Positions 9,241 through 15,841 of a stretch of 32,000 bases of DNA are shown in pieces (the stretch's first letter is position 1; the number at the start of each line of letters is the position of its first letter). Source of the stretch: Haloferax volcanii DS2. Lineage in GTDB: Archaea; Halobacteriota; Halobacteria; Halobacteriales; Haloferacaceae. A model generated the notes under the pieces. The model made no database searches, was not told where the DNA came from, and was given only the letters and a program-made list of their open reading frames with translations. The position numbers and the translations under genes were made by a program. The DNA lies in the NCBI RefSeq assembly GCF_000025685.1, contig NC_013967.1, positions 1,230,001-1,262,000 on the forward strand, in the 5' to 3' direction.

Positions 9241-9633
9241 CTACTCCGCGGGGACGATTTTCTCGTCGTACTTGTCGCGGAACTCCTGAATGAGCGTGCC
9301 CATCTGGGCGTACCAGTCGTTGAGCATCCGCTGCATATCGTCCGCGACCTCGTTGGGGTCGGTCGGGTGGTAGACGTGGTAGTAGCCGCCGTGTTCGTAG
9401 TTCACCTGTTGTTTCTGGATGAGGCCCGCCTGCAACAGGCGCTGGATAGAGCGGTAGGCGGTCGAACGCTCCCGTTCGACCGCTTCGGCGACCTCGTCGA
9501 CGGTCAGGCGGTCGTCGGTCTCGACGAGCACCTCAAAACACCGTCGGTCGAGTTGCTTCAGTCCGTGGAGACATTCGAGGAGTCCCTCACACTCCATGTC
9601 CGATTGCAGGTATTCGACCATCGAGCTAGCCAT
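9241..9633 (-). CDS. winged-helix transcriptional regulator (TrmB/ArsR-like) with cysteine-rich N-terminus
   Basis: LTVDEVAEAVERERSTAYRSIQRLLQAGLI is an HTH-like segment. The N-terminus has MECEGLLECLHGLKQLDRRC (3 Cys). Sits immediately downstream of tauE on the same strand. Confidence 0.8.
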   Translation of the reverse strand: MASSMVEYLQSDMECEGLLECLHGLKQLDRRCFEVLVETDDRLTVDEVAEAVERERSTAYRSIQRLLQAGLIQKQQVNYEHGGYYHVYHPTDPNEVADDMQRMLNDWYAQMGTLIQEFRDKYDEKIVPAE

Positions 9634-9716
9634 TGTCGGTTCGGGCTACGGGGCCAGCCCTGAAAAGGGTTTGTATAGTTTGCACAACACCGAGTGGGAG
9701 ACGGCGACCCGGTGTG

Positions 9717-9760
9717 GCGGATTCGCGTTCGATGCGAGTGCGGTTCGCGTTCGAGTCGGT
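9717..9760. repeat. tandem direct repeat with core TTCGCGTTCGA at 9722-9732 and 9744-9754 (22-bp period)
   Basis: The copies are gcggAttcgcgttcgaTgcgagt and gcgg-ttcgcgttcga-gtcggt. They lie between the tauE stop (9765) and the TATA-like region of the wHTH regulator gene. Confidence 0.85.
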
Positions 9761-9764
9761 GCGG

Positions 9765-10808
9765 TCAGTCGGCGGTCGAACTCCCGGCAGTCGAGGGCGC
9801 GCGCATGGACTTGACGGCGCTGTAAAGCACCGCGCCGGAGACCATGAGCGCCGACCCGAGGATGAGCGCGAGGCTGACGTAGTCGAGGACGCCCACGCCG
9901 AGATAGTTCCCGGCCTGTCGCACGGCGACAGCGAGCGCGCCGAGAAGCAGCATCAGGCCGAAGTAAATCTTGATTTCGTCCTCGTCGACGATGGAGGTCG
10001 CCGCGGAGCCGACGCGCGCGCCGAGCGCGGAGCCGGCGAGCAGCGGCGCGACGATAGAGAGGTCGACGCCGCCGGACTGCGCGTAGAGGAACGAGCCGAT
10101 GCCGCCCGAGAACATGATTTCGAACAGGTCGGTCCCGACCGCGATGGGTACGGGGACGCCGATGAGGTAGAACAGCGCGGGCATGCGGATGAAGCCGCCG
10201 CCGACGCCGAGGAAACCCGAGAGGAGCCCCGTGGCGAACGCGAGCAAGAGAATCATCCACAGCGAGACCTTGACGCCGCCGCGGAGGGTTATCATCGGGG
10301 GGAGCGAGTAGCTCTGAATCTTCTTGGCTAACTCGGGGATGTCGTCGGCGTCGATGTCGGCGTCGCCGTCCACGTCGTGGCTGACGCCGCCGCCGTCGCC
10401 GCCCTTCAGCGCCTCGTAGGTGACGAACAGCCCGATACCGCCGAGAAGCAGCACGTACGTGACGCTGATGATGTTACCGGCGAGTCCGAGCTCTTCGAGG
10501 TAGAGGACGATTTCCTTCCCGACTTCGAGGCCGACCGTGGTCCCGATAATCATCGAGATGCCGAGTTTGTAGTCGACCTGTCCGAGGTCGCGGTGCTTCA
10601 GTGTCGCGATGACGGAGGTCCCGAAGACGAACGCGAGCCCGGAGCCGACGGCCACGCGCGAGGGGTAGCCCATGACGAGCAGCGCGGGCGTCACGAGGAA
10701 CGACCCACCCATGCCGAAGAAGCCGAACAGGACGCCGATGAGAACCCCGAACGCGACGAAGAGGGCCAGCATCCCGGCAGACATGCCGAGTAGTTCGAAC
10801 ACGCTCAC
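9765..10808 (-). CDS. TauE/SafE-family sulfite/anion exporter
   Basis: Polytopic membrane protein with duplicated GxGGG-type motifs (FGFFGMGGSFLVTPAL; LSGFLGVGGGFIRMPAL) and an acidic central loop. The GTG start overlaps the upstream microprotein stop (GTGA). Confidence 0.9.
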   Translation of the reverse strand: MSVFELLGMSAGMLALFVAFGVLIGVLFGFFGMGGSFLVTPALLVMGYPSRVAVGSGLAFVFGTSVIATLKHRDLGQVDYKLGISMIIGTTVGLEVGKEIVLYLEELGLAGNIISVTYVLLLGGIGLFVTYEALKGGDGGGVSHDVDGDADIDADDIPELAKKIQSYSLPPMITLRGGVKVSLWMILLLAFATGLLSGFLGVGGGFIRMPALFYLIGVPVPIAVGTDLFEIMFSGGIGSFLYAQSGGVDLSIVAPLLAGSALGARVGSAATSIVDEDEIKIYFGLMLLLGALAVAVRQAGNYLGVGVLDYVSLALILGSALMVSGAVLYSAVKSMRAPSTAGSSTAD

Positions 10809-10954
10809 TCACCACCGATGGCCTTCCGAACGGTCGGTCCGAGTGCGGCGGTCAGCGCGCCGTACCCGACGTACAGCACCATCGCCTCGACGAGGACGAC
10901 GCCGACGAGCGCGGCGGCCTGTGCGTTCCCGCCCAACGTCTCGATTCCGAACAT
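10805..10954 (-). CDS. small membrane protein (49 aa) translationally coupled to tauE
   Basis: MFGIETLGGNAQAAALVGVVLVEAMVLYVGYGALTAALG has one or two TM segments. High GC3. GTGA overlap with tauE. The ORF-track GTG at 10993 is less likely. Confidence 0.55.
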   Translation of the reverse strand: MFGIETLGGNAQAAALVGVVLVEAMVLYVGYGALTAALGPTVRKAIGGE

Positions 10955-10984
10955 CTTACCAGCACCCCTCGGGGTGCCCGGAGT

Positions 10985-11225
10985 GTATTGCACTCATCAT
11001 ACTTTCTTGTACACCGCTGGCTAACCGGAATGAGGATATAACGTTTTTGGGAATACTGTACAAGACCATATCGATATTGCATACGCATAAGTTATAGAAT
11101 GGACATAGAAATACCACCGAACCGGGCCATATTTTGTATCACGCGACGTTACGAACATATTTATCCGCTATCTATGACAAAATAGTTGTTTGCTTATTGT
11201 GCAATACTATATTTGGCTGAACATC
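10985..11225. other. AT-rich non-coding island inside the sulfur gene cluster
   Basis: My hand count for 11021-11220 is 74 G+C of 200 nt (37%), against a window that is visibly about two-thirds G+C. No ORF there has genome-typical codon usage. Confidence 0.8.
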
Positions 11226-11449
11226 AACCGAGAGGATTCGGTCGAGAGGCACTCACGGCGGCGTTCTCGAGCATCGGCGGCGAGCGTCGAACGTCGACTC
11301 GCGGGAGAAAACCACCACCGACTGTTCGGCAGCGCGCGCGAGTCGCGGTCCATCGGCGGCGGTTCACCGACAGGGGGCGAGAACTTCGTCGCCGTCGCTC
11401 CGGGGACGACGGACGGGAAAAGAACGAAATCGAATTCGCCGACGGCGGC

Positions 11450-11914
11450 TCAGTCGGCGGAGGTGCCGGTCGCGGCGCTCTCGGTACGGCGGGCGCGCCA
11501 GAGTCCCTGCAGGTACGCGCCGACGAACATCCCACCGATGGCGATGAGGATGGGGTAGTTGCCGACGCCGAGACTGGCGTAGGCCGCGCCGGGACAGATG
11601 CCGGAGATACCCCAGCCGGCTCCGAAGACGACCCCGCCGACGACGACGTTCTTGTCGAACGACTTCAGCCGGCGGCCGTAGTCGCGCCCGGTGAGTGGCG
11701 CGCGGTCGCCGAACGCCTCGGCGAGCGCGAAGACGGTGCCAGTGACGACCGCGGCCCCGCCCATCACGAAGACGAGACCGAGGTCGTCGAACTGGAGGAA
11801 GTCGAGGACGACCTCCGGGCGGGCCATGTTGCTGACGGCGAGGCCGAACCCGAATATCAGGCCGCCCGCGATGACGACCAGCATGAACCCGAGTCCGCGT
11901 TCGTCGTCGCTCAC
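11450..11914 (-). CDS. YeeE/YedE-family sulfur-compound transporter, second half-size subunit
   Basis: GAGWGISGICPGAA is the conserved Cys-containing motif. The GTG at 11914 overlaps the stop of the upstream half gene (GTGA). An ATG at 11884 is an alternative. The Arg-rich N-terminal extension in the ORF track is spurious. Confidence 0.8.
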   Translation of the reverse strand: MSDDERGLGFMLVVIAGGLIFGFGLAVSNMARPEVVLDFLQFDDLGLVFVMGGAAVVTGTVFALAEAFGDRAPLTGRDYGRRLKSFDKNVVVGGVVFGAGWGISGICPGAAYASLGVGNYPILIAIGGMFVGAYLQGLWRARRTESAATGTSAD

Positions 11915-12402
11915 GGCGACACCCCCAGCGCGCTCAGGAGCTGTGCGACCCCGATGGCGACGAGCATGAAGGTGGCGACGTTGACGAGCGAGGTCCGCGA
12001 GCGCGAGCCGACGCCGCAGACCCCGTGGCCGGACGTACACCCCTTCCCGATGCGGGTGCCGACGCCGACGAGCACGCCGCCGACGGCGAAGCGCCACGGC
12101 TGCACGTCGGAGACCCACCAGCCGTCACCGAACAGGACGGTGTAGAGCGCGGCCCCGGCGACGATGCTCAGGGTGAACACGACCCGCCAGTCCCGCGAGG
12201 CGACGTACTTCGCCTTGTTGAACCGCGGGAGGTCGGAGACGTACGACAGCGTCGATTCGAGGAAGGTGCTCGCGCCGGCGATGACGCCCGTCCCGAGGTA
12301 GATGACGGCGGTCCCGAGTCCGATGAGGAGGCCGCCGAGCGCGTAGTGCGCGATGCCGTTCGGGAAGAGCCCGTCGACGAGGAGCGGCGTCAGACCCGAC
12401 AT
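11911..12402 (-). CDS. YeeE/YedE-family sulfur-compound transporter, first half-size subunit
   Basis: GTRIGKGCTSGHGVCG is the YeeE/YedE signature with conserved cysteines. Hydrophobic throughout. The start abuts the stop of the upstream rhodanese-MBL gene. Confidence 0.85.
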   Translation of the reverse strand: MSGLTPLLVDGLFPNGIAHYALGGLLIGLGTAVIYLGTGVIAGASTFLESTLSYVSDLPRFNKAKYVASRDWRVVFTLSIVAGAALYTVLFGDGWWVSDVQPWRFAVGGVLVGVGTRIGKGCTSGHGVCGVGSRSRTSLVNVATFMLVAIGVAQLLSALGVSP

Positions 12403-13590
12403 TTAGTTCGTCAGGGCTTCGTTGCTGGCCGCGCAGTTGTTCGGCCCGAGTTCGAGCTCGAAGGCGCGGTCGTCGTCCGACTCCTGCACGCCGAGGTTCG
12501 TCTCGATGATGTCGACGTAGTTGGCCGGCCGCGGCGGCATATCCGAGAGGATGAACTCCACGAACTCGTCTTTGGGCATCGACAGTGCATTCATCGTCTC
12601 CTTCAGTTCCCCGAGCGTGGCGGTGTAGCTGCCGTCGTCGGCCGGGATTGCCGCGTCGCTGAAGTGCGCGGAGGCGACGATGGCGTCGTCGTCGTGCGAG
12701 AGGACGCGCTCCTGAAGCGAGCCGTAGAGCATCCCGGCCGCGTCGGGCGCGCCCTCGTCGCCGTCTTCGAGGTCGGGGCGAGCGACCGACTCGATGAACA
12801 GGCCGTCGCCCGTGAACAGCACGTTGTCGACCGCGTAGGTCGTCATACCGGTCGTGTGGCCGGGCGTGTGGATGGCCTCGATGTCGGTGTCGCCGACGGT
12901 GAGCGTCTCGCCGTCCGCGATGGTTTCGTAGGGCGTGTCGTAGTCGACGCCGCGGGCTTCGGCGGCCTCGGGGATGACGCCCGCGACGCCGTGGTCTTCG
13001 ACCAGCGTGCGGACCCCGCTGATGTGGTCGGCGTGGATGTGCGTGTCGACGGCGTACGTCAGTTCCGCGCCGAGCGCCTTCGCGTCGGCGACGTACTCGT
13101 CGGCGAAGTAGCGGAGCGGGTCGACGACGGCGGCCTCGTCGCCGTCGACGACGAGGTACGCCAGACAGCCGCTGGAGGGGCGCTGGTACTGCGCGACGAG
13201 CGCGTCGCCGTCGGTCTCCAGTTCGGTGTACTCGTAGATGCTCGCCCAGCCGTTCATGCCGCGTTCGAGCGCCACGGCGTCGTAGCCCTCCTGAATGAGC
13301 AGTCCGGCGACGTACTCCGAGGAGTGGCCCTTCGCACAGAGGACGACGAACTCCTCGTCTTCGGGCAGCTCTTCGAACAGCGACTCATCGAGCTCCTCGT
13401 CGAGGAACTCGAAGTAGGGGATGTTGACGTGCGAAACGTTCTCGCCGTCGATGCGCCAGTCCTCGTGTTCCGAGGGAACGCGGTTGTCGAGGATGGTCAG
13501 CGCCTCGCCCTCGTCGATGCGGGCTTTCAGCGCCTCGGGTTCGATGACTGGCACGTCGACGTCGAGTTCCGGCAGGTCTGGAACGGTCAT
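12403..13590 (-). CDS. rhodanese - metallo-beta-lactamase fusion (persulfide-dioxygenase-like)
   Basis: N-terminal rhodanese with active-site loop VVLCAKGHSS. MBL motif DTHIHADHISG and HTPGHTTG, close to ETHE1-type dioxygenases. ATG 13590 (MTVPDL) is preferred over the ORF-track start at 13656. Confidence 0.85.
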   Translation of the reverse strand: MTVPDLPELDVDVPVIEPEALKARIDEGEALTILDNRVPSEHEDWRIDGENVSHVNIPYFEFLDEELDESLFEELPEDEEFVVLCAKGHSSEYVAGLLIQEGYDAVALERGMNGWASIYEYTELETDGDALVAQYQRPSSGCLAYLVVDGDEAAVVDPLRYFADEYVADAKALGAELTYAVDTHIHADHISGVRTLVEDHGVAGVIPEAAEARGVDYDTPYETIADGETLTVGDTDIEAIHTPGHTTGMTTYAVDNVLFTGDGLFIESVARPDLEDGDEGAPDAAGMLYGSLQERVLSHDDDAIVASAHFSDAAIPADDGSYTATLGELKETMNALSMPKDEFVEFILSDMPPRPANYVDIIETNLGVQESDDDRAFELELGPNNCAASNEALTN

Positions 13591-13685
13591 GTATGCATCA
13601 CCCATTATCGGGTGGTTCGACTTAAGCTTTCGGATGGTAGTTTGTATTTCGTACAATATTCATCTCGTGAAGACCGACCGAGACT

Positions 13686-13701
13686 AGTGCGATTTCGCAC
13701 T
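13686..13701. promoter_or_regulatory. perfect inverted repeat AGTGCGA-TT-TCGCACT in the divergent promoter region of the sulfur island
   Basis: Read directly from the sequence. It lies 96 nt upstream of the rhodanese-MBL ATG and 157 nt upstream of the tusA ATG. A function as an operator is inference. Confidence 0.35.
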
Positions 13702-13817
13702 TATGGGGGCACATAATGGCTCTACTACCCAAGAAAAGCCGGTTTCAACGCCTATCGACGATTCCGATAAGGTATTGTGGTGTCTCCCCAAGAACCGACA
13801 CACTTTTACGAAGCACC

Positions 13818-13826
13818 CTTATATTG
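13818..13826 (+). promoter_or_regulatory. TATA-box-like CTTATATTG upstream of tusA
   Basis: Centred 36 nt upstream of ATG 13858 and 24 nt upstream of GTG 13846. Confidence 0.35.
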
Positions 13827-13857
13827 TGGAATACACCCAACATAGGTGACCTCGAAA

Positions 13858-14109
13858 ATGAGTACATACGAACCCACCGAGACCCTCGACGTGAAAGGAC
13901 TGTCCTGCCCGATGCCCGTCGTCAAGACCCGCGGCGCGGTCGACGAGCTCGAAAGCGGCGAGATTCTGCAGGTCGTCGCGACCGACTCCGGCAGCATGAG
14001 CGACCTGAAGGGCTGGGCCGACGCCACCGACGGCGTCGCCATGCTCGACCAGGAAGAGGCCGAGGAAGACGGCGACGCTGTCTTCCGCCACTTCATCCAG
14101 AAGGAATGA
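13858..14109 (+). CDS. tusA: TusA/SirA-like sulfurtransferase
   Basis: LDVKGLSCPMPVVKTRGAV is the canonical CPxP active-site motif. The stop overlaps the next start (ATGA). A GTG at 13846 is an alternative start. Confidence 0.85.
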   Translation: MSTYEPTETLDVKGLSCPMPVVKTRGAVDELESGEILQVVATDSGSMSDLKGWADATDGVAMLDQEEAEEDGDAVFRHFIQKE

Positions 14110-14687
14110 GCTCGGACGCCGACGCGCCCGTCGACGCGGGAGCCGCCTCCGTCGAAGACCTCCGCGCGCAGGTCCAAGCCCTGCAACAAGAGGTCTCCGA
14201 CCTCCGGGAGGCCACCGACGACGACGGACAGAAGTCGATGACCATCATCGCGACCAAAGGCACCCTCGACATGGCGTACCCGCCGCTCATCCTCGCCAGT
14301 ACGGCGGCCGCCTTCGGCTGGGACGTCGTGGTCTTCCACACGTTCTGGGGACTCGACATCCTCCACGAGAAGAAGTCGAAGAACCTGAAGCTCAGCGCGG
14401 TCGGCAACCCGAGCATGCCGATGCCGAACGCCGTGGCCGCGTTGCCCTTCATGGACAGCGTCGCCACGAGCATGATGGAAAAGAAGATTCAGAAAAACGG
14501 GACCGCGACCGTCGAGGAACTCATCGAAACCTCCCTCGACATGGGCGTCGACCTTCAGGCCTGCCAGATGACCATCGAGCTGATGGGCTACGACGAAGCC
14601 GAGTTCTACGACGGCGTCACCACCGGCGTCGGCGCGGCGACGGCCCTCCAGCACATGGCCGACGCCGACGTGCAACTCATGATTTAG
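14106..14687 (+). CDS. DsrE/DsrF-like (DsrE2-type) sulfur-relay protein with N-terminal coiled-coil-like extension
   Basis: MTIIATKGTLDMAYPPLILASTAAAFGWDVVVFHTFWGLD and LQACQMTIELMG are typical of DsrE-like proteins. ATG 14106 is in frame within the over-long ORF 13716..14687. Confidence 0.8.
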   Translation: MSSDADAPVDAGAASVEDLRAQVQALQQEVSDLREATDDDGQKSMTIIATKGTLDMAYPPLILASTAAAFGWDVVVFHTFWGLDILHEKKSKNLKLSAVGNPSMPMPNAVAALPFMDSVATSMMEKKIQKNGTATVEELIETSLDMGVDLQACQMTIELMGYDEAEFYDGVTTGVGAATALQHMADADVQLMI

Positions 14688-14779
14688 GCCGGCCCGTCGT
14701 CTCCCACAGCCAACCAGTCCTCCAACCCCTCCCCGCACTCCACCCGCCTCACCAACCCAATCCCACCCCGACGATTCCC

Positions 14780-14792
14780 TTTTCCATTTCTT
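14780..14792 (+). terminator. oligo-T stretch (TTTTCCATTTCTT), candidate terminator of the tusA-dsrE unit
   Basis: This is the first T-rich run downstream of the TAG at 14685-14687. Archaeal termination commonly uses oligo-T tracts. Confidence 0.3.
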
Positions 14793-14878
14793 CAGACGCG
14801 ACGAGAGCGGTCGCTGTCGCCCGACCATCGAGTGAATCCAGAAAATCAGCGCCCGACGCGCGCGCGCCGTCGTCCGAT

Positions 14879-15682
14879 TCAGACGTTCCAGCCGTCGCCA
14901 AACGACTCGAAACGGGCGAGGTCGTGGCCGAACAGCACGTCGCCGCCGGTCCGGCGTTCGAGTTCCTTCACCGTCTGGAGGCTCTCGAACCAGTCGCGCT
15001 CGCTCCACAGCAGGCCGGGGCCGAGCGGCACTTCGTCCGTGTAGTTGCCCTCGACGTAACACTCGTCGCCCGCGACGAGCACGTCGCCGTCGGGGGTTTC
15101 GATGTGTGCGCCCAGCACGCCGGGAGTGTGACCCGGCAGGTGAACGAGTCGGAAGCCGTCGAACAGCGTGTGTTCGTCGCCGTGGACGACGTGCCAGTTC
15201 AGGTCGTGGTCGAAGTCCGAGGCGAGGTACGCGATGGAGCCCTCTGTCGTCTTCGCCGAGTAGTAGGCGAACTTCAGTTCCTCCTCGTGGACGTATATCG
15301 GCACGTCTGTGCCCGCGAACTCGACGAGGCCGCCCGCGTGGTCGAGGTGCAGGTGGCTCATCACCACCGCGTCGATGTCGGCGGGGTCGTAGCCGACCGC
15401 GCCGAGGTCGTCTTCGAGCGTGTGGTCCGCGGCGTCGACGTGCGAAAACGCCTCGTACAACGGGTCGGGCCAGTAGCCGTCGGCGGCGGCCGGATTCGAT
15501 CCGGTGTCCCACAGCACCGTCCGGTCGGGGCCGTCGACGACGGCGTTCCAGACGACGAACTCGCTCATCTCGTGGTCGGGGTTCGGATTCGACGCGCTCC
15601 CCATGGAGTAGCCGTCGAGGACGTAGCCGGTGTCGGCGTGGACGCGGCCGCGGTCGACCAGGTGGACGCTGATGTCACCCAT
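14879..15682 (-). CDS. MBL-fold hydrolase, N-acyl-homoserine-lactonase-like family
   Basis: VVMSHLHLDHAGG is the HxHxDH motif, with LPGHTPG and a late GHD. Convergent with the tusA-dsrE pair. Confidence 0.8.
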   Translation of the reverse strand: MGDISVHLVDRGRVHADTGYVLDGYSMGSASNPNPDHEMSEFVVWNAVVDGPDRTVLWDTGSNPAAADGYWPDPLYEAFSHVDAADHTLEDDLGAVGYDPADIDAVVMSHLHLDHAGGLVEFAGTDVPIYVHEEELKFAYYSAKTTEGSIAYLASDFDHDLNWHVVHGDEHTLFDGFRLVHLPGHTPGVLGAHIETPDGDVLVAGDECYVEGNYTDEVPLGPGLLWSERDWFESLQTVKELERRTGGDVLFGHDLARFESFGDGWNV

Positions 15683-15841
15683 ATTCCGGGGTTAGGACGG
15701 AGCGGACATAACCGTTCAGGCAGTCAATATATCTTCGTCGGGCACTAGAGATACGCGTCGTTTCGGCCCGCGCCGTGTCGGCCCGCGCGGCGAACGCGGT
15801 CGGCGAGCGACGGTGAAAAACCGGAGCGAACGGTCGCTACG

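Noticed and set aside
10985-11225. The AT-rich island considered as a replication origin or DNA-unwinding element.
   Set aside because: There is no orc1/cdc6 gene nearby. I could not find ORB-like repeated elements flanking it. The size and position fit a promoter or leader region better.
11226-11449. A GC-rich 224-bp stretch after the yeeE stop that stays open in the yeeE frame and contains a possible 50-codon ORF (MDRDSRALPNSRWW...), considered as a gene remnant or small gene.
   Set aside because: The peptide is basic and low-complexity with no motif. It is unsupported without transcript or homology data.
13716-14105. The N-terminal 130 codons of ORF 13716-14687, and likewise the long 5' extensions of ORFs 24654-25685, 24717-25466 and 11450-12118.
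   Set aside because: The extensions are Arg-rich, overlap other genes or promoters, and precede internal starts that give full-length family-typical proteins with 4-nt coupling overlaps.
14685-15044. In-frame continuation after the dsrE-like TAG stop, considered as stop-codon read-through or a Pyl-type extension. It would encode a P/S/T-rich peptide and merges with ORF 14832-15044.
   Set aside because: The extension has no coding-like composition and runs antisense into the MBL gene. Nothing in the window suggests TAG recoding.
15763-15788. Direct repeat TCGGCCCGCGC x2 (15-bp period) between the MBL-hydrolase start and the AIM24 stop.
   Set aside because: It is a short, GC-only sequence of the kind expected by chance at this base composition. 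It has no associated palindrome or promoter geometry.
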